Part shown: in pieces, positions 53,531 through 63,049 of the stretch | How positions within the stretch are numbered: the first letter of the stretch is position 1 | How the letters are laid out: every line of letters begins with the position of its first letter | Source: Escherichia coli | GTDB taxonomy: Bacteria; Pseudomonadota; Gammaproteobacteria; Enterobacterales; Enterobacteriaceae | Strand: one strand, 5' to 3' | Length of the DNA: 64,000 nt | NCBI RefSeq assembly: GCF_001677475.2 | Contig: NZ_CP015229.1 | Notes under the pieces: model-generated | Database searches by the model: none | The model's input: the letters and a program-made list of their open reading frames with translations, nothing else | Told to the model about the DNA's origin: nothing | Program-made: the position numbers and the translations under genes

Positions 53531-53786
53531 ATGGGGAAATGACCAGAATACGCAGAGACAGAACAGAGCCGAAATATAAAGCGTTAGACATGACAGAGCT
53601 TTCCTTAACGGTGGCAATCAAAGCGATAGACCGCCACACGCGGGAAGGATACGCGAAGGAACATCCCGAACTGATAAGCGCATTCATGGCCGCAGCGGCT
53701 GCAAACTTTGCCACGCTGACAGAACGGGAGACAGCCGAGGCAGAACAGGTAACAACCATCAACGTTAAAACCGGAGGGGTGGAATC

Positions 53787-54212
53787 ATGACGGCACAGAT
53801 AGCAGCTTACGGGCGGCTGGTGGAGGACCCGCAGGTAAAACAGACCAGCAAGGGAACACCCATGACGCTGGCGAGTATGGCGGTTCCCCTGCCATGCAGC
53901 CAGGCAGATGACGGAACGGCGACGATGTGGTTATCCGTCCTGGCGTTTGGCAGACAGGCCGACGCACTGGCAAAACACCGCAAAGGCGAACTGGTGAGCG
54001 TGGCGGGTAACATGCAGGTAAGCCAGTGGACAGGGCAGAACGGCGAAACGCGGCAGGGCTGGCAGGTTATTGCAGACAGCGTAATCAGTGCGCGAACGGC
54101 GCGACCGGGCGGCAAAAAAGGCCAACAGGGGCAGGCCACTGACGCACTGAACAGGGCAAAACAACAGACAGGCCAGCACGATGATCCGTACGGGGACGGG
54201 ATACCGTTTTAA
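53787..54212 (+). CDS. ssb: Single-stranded DNA-binding protein
   Basis: 141 aa; OB-fold-like N-terminus, Gly/Gln-rich linker, acidic tail ending DDPYGDGIPF. Confidence 0.7.
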   Translation: MTAQIAAYGRLVEDPQVKQTSKGTPMTLASMAVPLPCSQADDGTATMWLSVLAFGRQADALAKHRKGELVSVAGNMQVSQWTGQNGETRQGWQVIADSVISARTARPGGKKGQQGQATDALNRAKQQTGQHDDPYGDGIPF

Positions 54213-54227
54213 GCAGTGAGGTACAGC

Positions 54228-54509
54228 ATGATTAAAGACAGCAAAGCGGAAGAACTGGAGGCTAAAGGGCTGTACCGGAGAGCGGCGGCACGTTGGGCTG
54301 ATGTTATGTGGCTGGTGAGCACTGACAAGGAGCGCGAACAAGTGGCAAAGCGTCGCGCGGAATGTATCCGTAAGGCAGCACGCCCACCAGTCATACCGGA
54401 TAATTTCGGAATACTGAAAGAGGCCATAAACCGCACACATACCGGGATGGGCTTACAGAAGCCTGGCGGTGAGATGTTCAGGAACTACCCGAAAAAAGGG
54501 GATAATTGA
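54228..54509 (+). CDS. Hypothetical small basic protein (possibly PerC-like regulator; tentative)
   Basis: ORF 54216-54509; KGLYRRAAARWADVMW motif. Confidence 0.3.
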   Translation: MIKDSKAEELEAKGLYRRAAARWADVMWLVSTDKEREQVAKRRAECIRKAARPPVIPDNFGILKEAINRTHTGMGLQKPGGEMFRNYPKKGDN

Positions 54510-54554
54510 TAACGGTTGTTAACTGTTTCTGGTATCGTGGTAGCAGGAGGAAAC

Positions 54555-54803
54555 ATGCCAGTGACATTTGAAGAAGTCCAGCAACATAAAAAGCTTCATG
54601 GTTTTGATGATCTGGAAACCACGACAGCAAAAAAATATCGCCGGCTGCTTTCTTCCGATGCGTTATTTTTTGTGGATCATCATGATTTTCTGCGTAGCTC
54701 ACTGACCGGGGAAATTTTCGCAACCAACCGTGAGCAGGTGGAAGCGATGATCGAATATCTGTGGAAAATAAGGCGCAGAATGCGTGATCCCGTGAAACGG
54801 TAG
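54555..54803 (+). CDS. Hypothetical protein
   Basis: ORF 54516-54803, start at MPVTFEEVQQ. Confidence 0.35.
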   Translation: MPVTFEEVQQHKKLHGFDDLETTTAKKYRRLLSSDALFFVDHHDFLRSSLTGEIFATNREQVEAMIEYLWKIRRRMRDPVKR

Positions 54804-54811
54804 AATAATAA

Positions 54812-54842
54812 TGGCCTGGTATTTTCCAGGCCATTTTTTTTT
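54812..54842 (+). terminator. Intrinsic terminator
   Basis: ggcctggtattttccaggcc followed by T-run. Confidence 0.7.
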
Positions 54843-55314
54843 AGAAGTCGATCTCTGTATCGCGATTAAATTCATCGCTAAGGTAAAGTGCTTCGCTTGG
54901 GCATTTTCCGTTTTCCAGTAATGTTTCCCAGAAATCTTTATCGAAACACCCCTCAAGATACAGATAGCGGCAGATGTGAAGTAAATCACTTCGTGTCCAT
55001 CCGTGCATGCTGCTACTTGTTACACCATATTCACTTTCTAGTTTATAGAATGTGAGCGCCTCCCGGTCGTGCCAGGCTTTGCACAGACGATCGTATATCT
55101 TTTTAGCTTTGTTTTTAGATGTGCCGAAAAACTCTTCGTAAATTTCATGTGGGCGAGTAGGAATACTTCCGTCGCCATCCTGCAAGAAAGGATAAACATC
55201 TGCCTCCCAGGCATACACGTAAGAATCGCTGAACTCATCATAGTGTTTACCAAGGTGGAGAATCTGCAATCGTTGCTGAATGAACATTGCTTTTTTCAGT
55301 TCATTTTCTGACAT
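54841..55314 (-). CDS. Hypothetical 157-aa protein on the opposite strand (candidate accessory/cargo gene)
   Basis: Only minus-strand gene within the replication-packaging span; no family recognised. Confidence 0.5.
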   Translation of the reverse strand: MSENELKKAMFIQQRLQILHLGKHYDEFSDSYVYAWEADVYPFLQDGDGSIPTRPHEIYEEFFGTSKNKAKKIYDRLCKAWHDREALTFYKLESEYGVTSSSMHGWTRSDLLHICRYLYLEGCFDKDFWETLLENGKCPSEALYLSDEFNRDTEIDF

Positions 55315-55608
55315 AGTTCGTTCCTCCTGATTAACGAGCAGAAAATGTACGGAACAGCTTATTTATTTTTTCAGGTTTTGTAAGTTATTTGTTCGTGGTT
55401 GTTCCAGGTTGTTCGGTGATTCTGGCTGATGTTTACATACTGATTTTTATGTATATGTTGGCGTGTGGCACTCAGACGTGAGCCGCCACAATGCCGCCTG
55501 ACCCCCTGCGCGATGCCGGGTTGATCTGCGAGATGCCGAGAGTGTCGGGCGGCGCTCCCTCCGTGTTGGTTTCACGTCCTGAATCTTAACCAATACGAGA
55601 AAACCTTC

Positions 55609-56754
55609 ATGAAGAAATTAATCGAACTCCGCCAGCAAAAAACCGCCCTGAAAAACCAGATGCGATCCCTGCTGGAAAAAGCCGACAGTGAAAACCGCAG
55701 CCTGAACGATGACGAAGGCAAACAGTTTGATGAACTGCGTGCAAAAGCCGATTCCCTCGACACAGAAATCTCCCGTCTTGAAGCTGTTGCGGATGAAGAA
55801 CGTAACCAGCCAGGTGTTTGCGTCGAAGAGAAAATTACCAAAGACGAACTGCGCTCTTACATTCTGACCGGGGAAACCCGCAACCTGTCCGGCAGTGTTC
55901 CGGCTGATGGTGGTTATACGGTTATCCCGGAACTGAACAGAGAAATTATGCGTCAGCTTTCTGATGAATCGGTGATGCGTAAAATCTGTACTGTTAAAAC
56001 CATTCACAGCAATGAATTTAAGCAACTGGTTTCTGCCGGGGGCGCGGTCGTTGAACACGGTGAAGAAGGCACTACACGTAACCAGACGGCAACCCCAAAA
56101 CTGAATGAAGTCAGTATCCGCCTGTATCCGATCTACGCTTACCCGAAAACCACTCAGGAAATTATCGATTTTTCCGAAGTCGATATTATGGGCTGGTTAT
56201 CTTCTGAAATTGGCGACACTTTCGTTGATACCGAAGAAACGGATCTGGTTTCTGGTGATGGCGAGAAAAAAGCTAAAGGTTTCCTGGCTTTTCCGCGCAC
56301 TGAGGATAACGACAAAACCCGTCCTTTCGGTACGCTCCAGACGAAAAAAGTTACTGGCAGTCTTAGCGCCGACATGCTGATTGACCTGAAATTTACGCTG
56401 CGCAATAAGTACCGCAAAAAAGCTGTATGGGTGATGAACTCAAATACAGCCGCCTCCGCACAAAAACTGAAAAATGCCACTGGTGATTACATCTGGCGCG
56501 ATCGTTTACAGGCTGGTGATCCTGATTCTCTGCTGGGGCTTCCGGTTGAATATCTGGAATTTATGCCGGACGGTGTGATTGCAGTAGGTGACTTTAAGCG
56601 CGGTTATTTCATCGTTGACCATGAAACCGGTACGCGTACCCGTCCGGATTTCAGCGAACCTGGATTCATTAACATCTATACCCAGAAATATCTGGGCGGT
56701 GGTGTGGTGGATTCGAACGCCATCAAGATTCTGGAAATTCAGGCTGGCAAGTAA
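55609..56754 (+). CDS. Major capsid protein (HK97 fold)
   Basis: 381 aa; N-terminal coiled-coil delta region; hairpin after stop. Confidence 0.8.
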   Translation: MKKLIELRQQKTALKNQMRSLLEKADSENRSLNDDEGKQFDELRAKADSLDTEISRLEAVADEERNQPGVCVEEKITKDELRSYILTGETRNLSGSVPADGGYTVIPELNREIMRQLSDESVMRKICTVKTIHSNEFKQLVSAGGAVVEHGEEGTTRNQTATPKLNEVSIRLYPIYAYPKTTQEIIDFSEVDIMGWLSSEIGDTFVDTEETDLVSGDGEKKAKGFLAFPRTEDNDKTRPFGTLQTKKVTGSLSADMLIDLKFTLRNKYRKKAVWVMNSNTAASAQKLKNATGDYIWRDRLQAGDPDSLLGLPVEYLEFMPDGVIAVGDFKRGYFIVDHETGTRTRPDFSEPGFINIYTQKYLGGGVVDSNAIKILEIQAGK

Positions 56755-56803
56755 TGAGCAAAGGGGGCTTCGGCCTCCTTTTTCAGCTTTATGGAGTACA
56801 CCG

Positions 56804-57364
56804 ATGAAAAACACCGATTTTGAAATCCGTACATCTGAACTGACCGCCAGCGATAAAAAACTGGTGGGTTATGCCGTTCGCTGGAACAGCCTTTCAGAAA
56901 TTATTTGGGACGAATTCCGCGAACAGTTCACGCCGGGGGCTTTTGCTGACTATCTGGCGGCGGGTAATGATGTGCGCTGCCTGTATGAGCATGACTATAC
57001 CCGACTGCTGGGGCGCACCAAATCCGGAACACTGGTACTGACTGAGGACAACACCGGGCTACGTTTTGAACTGACACCGCCTGATACCCAGCTTGGAAAA
57101 GATGTGCTTACGCTGGTGGAGCGTGGCGACATTACAGGAATGAGCTTTGGCTTTCGCGCATTATGCGAAGAGTGGAATATCGCGCAAAAACCGTATCTGC
57201 GCACTGTTACCGCCGCAGAACTCCGTGAAATCACGATAACGTCGATGCCTGCTTATCCCGAATCTGGCGTGGAGATTGCCCACCGTTCGTTGTTTGCACA
57301 GCACCCTGAATTACGCCCGGCAGGAAATAATCGTCATCGCTGGGCTGAACTGGCGGGGTTGTGA
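56804..57364 (+). CDS. Prohead maturation protease (HK97 family)
   Basis: 186 aa from MKNTDFEIRTSELTASDKKLVGYAVRWNS. Confidence 0.75.
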   Translation: MKNTDFEIRTSELTASDKKLVGYAVRWNSLSEIIWDEFREQFTPGAFADYLAAGNDVRCLYEHDYTRLLGRTKSGTLVLTEDNTGLRFELTPPDTQLGKDVLTLVERGDITGMSFGFRALCEEWNIAQKPYLRTVTAAELREITITSMPAYPESGVEIAHRSLFAQHPELRPAGNNRHRWAELAGL

Positions 57365-57365
57365 T

Positions 57366-58580
57366 ATGTGGTGGCCTTTTAGTCGTAAAAAAAGCGATCT
57401 GCGTAACCTGTCCATTGATGATTTTCTGGCGCTGTCCGGCGTACCGAATACCGGATCCGGAGAATATGTTTCTGCCGGGACGGCTGAATCATTGCCTGCT
57501 GTGATGAACGCGGTTTCTGTCATCGCTGAGGCGGTGGCCACGATGCCGTGTTATCTGTATCTGGTACGCAATGATAAGGGCAGGGAGGCGCGGGAGTGGC
57601 TGGACAGTCATCCGGTCGATATTCTGCTGAATGAGCAGCCTAATTCGTGCCAGACACCTTACCAGTTTAAACGCACAATGATGCGTCACTGCCTGCTGAA
57701 CGGTAACGCCTATGCGGTTATTGAGTGGGGGCGGGACGGTCAGCCAAAATCACTTCATCCTTATGCGCCGGGGTGTGTTGTACCGGAACGCACTGGCGCG
57801 CACAAATACCGCTATACCATCACCGAACCCTATACAGGAACGGTGCGCACGTATTTACAGGAAGAAGTCCTGCATCTCCGCTATGCCTCGGATGATGGCT
57901 TTCTGGGACGTTCCCCCGTCACGATTTGCCGTGAGGCGCTGGGGCTTGGCCTTGCTCAACAGCGTCACGGAGCCAGCATTATGAAAGATGGCATGATGGC
58001 GGCAGGGATTATCACGTCAGGCGAATGGCTGGACGGTGTGAAAGGTAAACAGGCATTAGACGCCCTGGAACGCTACAAGGGGGCGAAAAATGCCGGAAAA
58101 ACGCCAATCCTTGAAGGGGGCATGGATTACAAGCAACTGGGGATGAGTAACCAGGATGCGGAATGGCTGGCCTCCCGTCGCTTCTCCATTGAAGACATCG
58201 CCCGGATGTTCAACGTGTCGCCGATTTTTCTTCAGGAATACAGCAACAGCACCTACAGCAATTTCAGTGAGGCAAGCCGCGCGTTTCTGACCATGACAAT
58301 GCGCCCATGGCTGGCGAACTTCGAACAGCAAATTAAGGCCGCTTTGCTGGTGGCTTCTCCCGTACCTGGTACCCGTTATCTGGTTGAGTTTGATTCAGCC
58401 GATTTACTGCGCGCTACTCCAACCGAGCGTTACGCCACGTATGAGAAAGGGATTAAGAACGGGATCATGAATCCGAACGAAGCCCGCGAACGTGAGGGGA
58501 TGCCGCCGCGTGAAGGTGGCGACGAATTCAGCCAGGCATGGAAGCAGACGGTGGAAATTAAAGGTGAAAAAGATGAGTGA
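57366..58580 (+). CDS. Portal protein (HK97 family)
   Basis: 404 aa from MWWPFSRKK; homologous to the prophage portal at 63049. Confidence 0.8.
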   Translation: MWWPFSRKKSDLRNLSIDDFLALSGVPNTGSGEYVSAGTAESLPAVMNAVSVIAEAVATMPCYLYLVRNDKGREAREWLDSHPVDILLNEQPNSCQTPYQFKRTMMRHCLLNGNAYAVIEWGRDGQPKSLHPYAPGCVVPERTGAHKYRYTITEPYTGTVRTYLQEEVLHLRYASDDGFLGRSPVTICREALGLGLAQQRHGASIMKDGMMAAGIITSGEWLDGVKGKQALDALERYKGAKNAGKTPILEGGMDYKQLGMSNQDAEWLASRRFSIEDIARMFNVSPIFLQEYSNSTYSNFSEASRAFLTMTMRPWLANFEQQIKAALLVASPVPGTRYLVEFDSADLLRATPTERYATYEKGIKNGIMNPNEAREREGMPPREGGDEFSQAWKQTVEIKGEKDE

Positions 58581-58872
58581 AGAAAAAATTACACCTGATG
58601 AAGTCAGGGCACATCTTCGCCTTGATGACTTTTCCGGAGAGGGCGAACTTCTGAAAATGTATACCGATGCGGCGCTGGAAGCCTGCCAGAAGCATATCGG
58701 GAAACGTTTTGAAGACGGCCTGGAATTTACCCCGGCAATACGTGTTGGTTGCCTGATGTACATTGCTTTCCTGTACGAGAACAGGGAAGCGGTTTCACCT
58801 GTGGAGCAGTCTGAACTGCCTATGGCTATTTCTGCGCTCTGGTCGGTTTATCGTGATGTGGGGGTGTACTGA
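58573..58872 (+). CDS. Head-tail connector/adaptor (gp6-like)
   Basis: 99 aa from MSEEKITPDEVRAHLRLDDFSGEGELL. Confidence 0.6.
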   Translation: MSEEKITPDEVRAHLRLDDFSGEGELLKMYTDAALEACQKHIGKRFEDGLEFTPAIRVGCLMYIAFLYENREAVSPVEQSELPMAISALWSVYRDVGVY

Positions 58873-59312
58873 TGCCGTGGCAACCATTAAGGCGATGCAC
58901 TGAGCCGGGCTGTAATAAGCGCGTGAAGTCCGGCAAGTGTGAAGAGCACAGGCGGGCTGCATGGCGTGCAGAGGATGCCAGACGGGGACACCGCCGCGCG
59001 CGCGGGTATTCCCGACAGTGGGACAAATACCGCGCCCTGTACCTGAGCAAAAACCCGTTATGCGTGCGTTGTCTGGCTAAGGGGATTTATACGCCAGCTC
59101 TTGTGGTGGATCACATCATTCCCATCAATGGCGGCGGTGATGTTCTCTTCTGGCCTGAGTGGAACCACCAGGCATTGTGCCAGACGTGCCACAACCGTAA
59201 GACGACACGGGAAGACCCAGCCACGAAAGCGAACCGTAAGGCGGGCATGTATCGCGAGCAGGAAGAACGGGCGGCACACCGTAACGACTGGATGTATGGC
59301 GATGATGACTGA
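58872..59312 (+). CDS. HNH endonuclease (terminase-associated)
   Basis: 146 aa; CVRCL...VDHIIPINGGG...CQTCHNRKT. Confidence 0.75.
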   Translation: MPWQPLRRCTEPGCNKRVKSGKCEEHRRAAWRAEDARRGHRRARGYSRQWDKYRALYLSKNPLCVRCLAKGIYTPALVVDHIIPINGGGDVLFWPEWNHQALCQTCHNRKTTREDPATKANRKAGMYREQEERAAHRNDWMYGDDD

Positions 59313-59481
59313 ACATGAGCAAAACAGGCTGATACGTGGACTGATAAGGCAACGTGACTTATGGAAGACACAGGAGACAGGGCACAAAGCCAACAGGACA
59401 GGGCGCACAGAACGCACCACAGCGAAGCGATTAACCGACCGTGACCGCGAGGTCATGGAATGTTTTCGCAATCGCTGGTGA
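59302..59481 (+). CDS. Hypothetical small basic protein
   Basis: ~59 aa Arg-rich ORF between HNH and terS. Confidence 0.3.
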   Translation: MMTEHEQNRLIRGLIRQRDLWKTQETGHKANRTGRTERTTAKRLTDRDREVMECFRNRW

Positions 59482-59600
59482 GGCTGTCAGAGGGGGTGGG
59501 GGAGGTTTTCAGGACGAAACCGTCCCTGCCGGACACCGACCGCCTCCTCAAATTTTTGTGCACGGTAATTTTTTTGAAAATAATTGGGCGAAAAAAGAAC

Positions 59601-59957
59601 ATGGCAAGACCACCAAAAGCCCCCGCTTACCTGGATGAAATCGCGGTCAGGCAGTGGAAGGAAAAATCGCGCCAGCTTTCCGTGCGGGAAGACCTTACCC
59701 CCGCCGACTGGAGCAATCTGGAACTGTATTGTGTTAACTACTCCATATACCGCAAAGCCGTCGAAGACCTTGCGACGCGCGGGTTCAGCATTGTTAACAG
59801 TCAGGGCAGCGAGAGCAGAAACCCCGCCCTGAGCGCAAAGGCTGACGCGGAAAGAATAATGATCAAAATGGCTTCTTTGCTGGGTTTTGACCCGGTAAGC
59901 CGCCGCAGAAATCCACCGGAAACAGAGGAAGAGGACGAGCTTGACCGCCTGGCATGA
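59601..59957 (+). CDS. Terminase small subunit (P27-family-like)
   Basis: From MARPPKAPAYLDEIAV; same M-x-x-PPK-xP start as prophage TerS. Confidence 0.7.
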   Translation: MARPPKAPAYLDEIAVRQWKEKSRQLSVREDLTPADWSNLELYCVNYSIYRKAVEDLATRGFSIVNSQGSESRNPALSAKADAERIMIKMASLLGFDPVSRRRNPPETEEEDELDRLA

Positions 59958-61602
59958 GTACGCAGAAGGCGTAAAAAACGGCAAAATTACGGCCTGTAAA
60001 CGACTGAAACAGGCCGTTAAACGGTATTTTTCTGACCTTGAAAACCCCCTTTACACGTTCGAGCCGGAGGTCGTGGAGCGGTTTATTGCCTTTTCCAGGG
60101 TGTGTCCGCACGTAAAAGGCGCAATGCGCGGTAGCCCCATTGAGCTGGAGCCGTGGCAGCAGTTCGCCTTTGCGTGCATCCTGGGCTTTAAGGTTAAGGC
60201 CACCGGACGGCGCAAATACACCAGCGCATTCATTGAAGTACCGCGTAAAAATGCCAAATCCACGGTCGCCGCTATCCTGGCTAACTGGTTTCTGGTTATG
60301 GAAAACGGGCAGCAGGATATTTACACCGCCGCCGTGAGTCGTGATCAGGCGCGGATCGTGTTTGATGATGCGCGTCAGATGTGCCTTTTATCCCGACCGT
60401 TACGAAAGCGGGTAAATATTCAGGCACACAAGGTGATACACCCGAAAACCAACAGCCTGTTAAAGCCACTGGCAGCAAAAGCGGCAACCATTGAAGGTAC
60501 AAACCCGAGTCTTGCTATTGTGGATGAATATCACCTGCACCCTGACAACGGGGTTTATTCCGCGCTTGAACTGGGAATGGGGGCGCGTCCGGAGGGGTTA
60601 TTATTTGCCATCACCACATCGGGGAGCAACGTTGTTTCAGCCTGTAAACAACACTACGACTATTGCTGCCAGATACTGGATGGTGAAGAGGTGAACGAAT
60701 CCATGTTCGTGCTGATTTACGAGCTGGATGATGAAAGCGAGGTTGACGATCCGGCGATGTGGATAAAGGCGAATCCCAATATCGATGTTTCCGTCGATCG
60801 TGAAAAACTGGCCTCAACCATCCAGAAAGCGCGGGGTATTCCGTCGCAGTGGGTGGAGATGCTCACCAAGCGATTCAATATCTGGTGTCAGGGGGCTACG
60901 CCGTGGATGGGTAACGGTGCATGGGCGGAGTGCGCCGGAACGTTCGCGGAGGCGGATTTATACGGGCAGGAGTGCTACGCGGGGCTGGACTTATCATCAA
61001 CCAGCGATATTTCCAGCGTGTGCTATGCCTTTCCGGTCGGTAAAAAGATTATGCTGGTTTCCCGTCACTATCTGCCGGAATTTCAGCTACAGAACCCCGC
61101 CAATAAAAACCGCGCCATCTATCGCCAGTGGGTAAAGGCGGGCTGGATACGCACAACACCGGGTGACTGCATTGATTATGACCGTATCCGTGATGACATC
61201 ATGGCGGATGCAGAGAATTTCAATATCAGGCTGGTGGGCTTCGATACATGGAACGCCACGCACCTGAGGACGCAGCTACAGGGCGCAGGATTTGAGGTGG
61301 AGCCGTTCCCGCAAACATACCTTCGTTTCAGTCCGGCGGCGAAATCGTTCGAAGTTTTTGTTAACCGGAAGGTGATTGTGCATCGTGGTGATCCGGTGCT
61401 GGCCTGGTCAATGAGTAATGTTGTGATGCAGAGTGACGCGAACGCCAATATCAAGCCGAACAAGAAAAAATCATCCAACAAGATAGACCCGAGCGTTGCG
61501 GCGCTGATGGCGTTTGGCACATTCCAGGCAGAGCATGAGGAATTTGCATTCGATATGAGCGACAGCCACAAAGAGCGGCTTGCGGCGTTTGATGGTGTGT
61601 AA
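59941..61602 (+). CDS. Terminase large subunit (intact, satellite-encoded)
   Basis: 553 aa; collinear homolog of the two prophage terL fragments. Confidence 0.85.
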   Translation: MTAWHEYAEGVKNGKITACKRLKQAVKRYFSDLENPLYTFEPEVVERFIAFSRVCPHVKGAMRGSPIELEPWQQFAFACILGFKVKATGRRKYTSAFIEVPRKNAKSTVAAILANWFLVMENGQQDIYTAAVSRDQARIVFDDARQMCLLSRPLRKRVNIQAHKVIHPKTNSLLKPLAAKAATIEGTNPSLAIVDEYHLHPDNGVYSALELGMGARPEGLLFAITTSGSNVVSACKQHYDYCCQILDGEEVNESMFVLIYELDDESEVDDPAMWIKANPNIDVSVDREKLASTIQKARGIPSQWVEMLTKRFNIWCQGATPWMGNGAWAECAGTFAEADLYGQECYAGLDLSSTSDISSVCYAFPVGKKIMLVSRHYLPEFQLQNPANKNRAIYRQWVKAGWIRTTPGDCIDYDRIRDDIMADAENFNIRLVGFDTWNATHLRTQLQGAGFEVEPFPQTYLRFSPAAKSFEVFVNRKVIVHRGDPVLAWSMSNVVMQSDANANIKPNKKKSSNKIDPSVAALMAFGTFQAEHEEFAFDMSDSHKERLAAFDGV

Positions 61603-61681
61603 CGGAATGGATGAGAGAGGACAATGCTCATTTAATGGAATAAATTTTCAGTATTACCGGCACCCACTTTCAGGGATGTTT

Positions 61682-61837
61682 TTGCGGGTTATTTGAGGGG
61701 TGTTTGCGGGTTATTTTGAATGTCTTGCGGGTTACATTCTGGCTGATATTTAAATACGTTGTTTTTTTAACGTATTGATATTAAAGAGTAAAAGATAATT
61801 AGCACGCGAAGATAACCCGCTAACCCGCATAACCCGC
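61682..61837. repeat. Symmetric repeat array near satellite right end
   Basis: Three direct TTGCGGGTTA and three inverted TAACCCGC copies flanking an AT-rich palindrome (aatacgtt...aacgtatt). Confidence 0.6.
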
Positions 61838-62022
61838 ACTGTTTTGTATATATATACGAAAAATTGCATTCAGGGGGGATCGAAATTTCTACTGCCTCTT
61901 ATCTCTTTGAGTGCTCACCTCGTCAGATTGTTACACACAAGAAATAAAAAATGCTTCGCGATGGTAGGTCGAATCACTGTATCAAAAAACGGTGTGTATC
62001 AGCATTAAAACAATACAGATAC

Positions 62023-62043
62023 GTGTATTGCGCTGTGTATTGC
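62023..62043. repeat. Tandem GTGTATTGC repeats near satellite right end
   Basis: gtgtattgcgctgtgtattgc, matching 46846-46867. Confidence 0.6.
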
Positions 62044-62118
62044 TCGATGATTTATAAAGACTGTTTTTTCATGTTAAACGATTGATATACAGACGATTTT
62101 AAAAAGCTTGAAATATTC

Positions 62119-62855
62119 TCACGAAACACATGAATGTGTGGGTCACTGCCGAATCGGCCTGGATGGACATGATTAAGTGGGAGAAGTGCGAATACATCGC
62201 TCCACAGCATGAGCTGAAAACGTATCCCATGTGGGTCGGCGTCGACCTTGCACATAAGATTGATATCTGTGCGGCGGCAAAACTCTGGCGAACGGATAAC
62301 GGGCATGTTCATGCCGATTTTAAATTCTGGCTTCCGGAAGGGCGACTGGAACGGTGTTCACGGCAGCAGGCAGAACTTTACCGGAAGTGGGCGGAGATGG
62401 ATAAGCTCATCCTGACGGATGGTGATGTTATCGATCATGCTCAGATAAAAAGTGACTTACTGGAATGGATTGGTGGTGAAAACCTCAGGGAACTGGGATT
62501 TGACCCGTGGAGCGCGATGCAGTTCAGCCTGGCACTGGCTGAAGAAGGGATACCGCTGGTGGAGGTTCCGCAGACGGTCCGCAATCTGTCAGAGGCCATG
62601 AAGGAAACGGAATCACTGGTCTATGCCGGACGTTTCCACCACAGCAATCACCCGGTCATGAACTGGATGATGTCTAACGTTACGGTGAAACCGGACAAAA
62701 ACGACAATATCTTCCCGAATAAATCCACGCCGGAAGCCAAAATCGACGGCCCTGTTGCGATGTTTACAGCAATGAGCCGGATGCTGGTCAATGGCGGTGA
62801 ACCGGAGCCGGATCTGTCTGAACACCTGATCAGTGTTGGTATCCGCTCGCTTTAA
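62119..62855 (+). pseudogene. Prophage terminase large subunit, C-terminal ~245 codons (resumes after satellite)
   Basis: LTKHMNVWVTAESAWM aligns with satellite TerL LTKRFNIWCQGATPWM. Confidence 0.8.
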
Positions 62856-62866
62856 CTGAGGGCATT

Positions 62867-63049
62867 ATGTTTCTGATAATTCTCACGCCACTGGTGGGCG
62901 TGCTGGGGGCGCTTTTGCTGTCGTATGGCACATGGCTGATTTATCCCCCGGCAGGTTTTGTTGTTGCCGGGGGGCTGTGCCTGTGCTGGTCGTGGCTGGT
63001 TGCGCGATATCTCGACCGTACACAGCCGTCTGTCGGCGGAGGTAAATAG
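62867..63049 (+). CDS. Small hydrophobic protein
   Basis: 60 aa, two predicted TM segments, between terL and portal. Confidence 0.4.
   Translation: MFLIILTPLVGVLGALLLSYGTWLIYPPAGFVVAGGLCLCWSWLVARYLDRTQPSVGGGK

Larger units (their letters stand above)
46717..62118 (+). mobile_element. ~15.4 kb capsid-forming PICI-like phage satellite inserted in prophage terL
   Basis: Bounded by short imperfect direct repeat containing TCACGAA; integrase, two AlpA-like genes, replication module with iterons, HK97-type capsid/packaging genes, no tail or lysis genes. Confidence 0.8.

Noticed and set aside
62052-62312. 86-aa minus-strand ORF crossing the satellite right junction
   Set aside because: Spans attR and runs antisense to the terL C-terminal fragment; likely spurious
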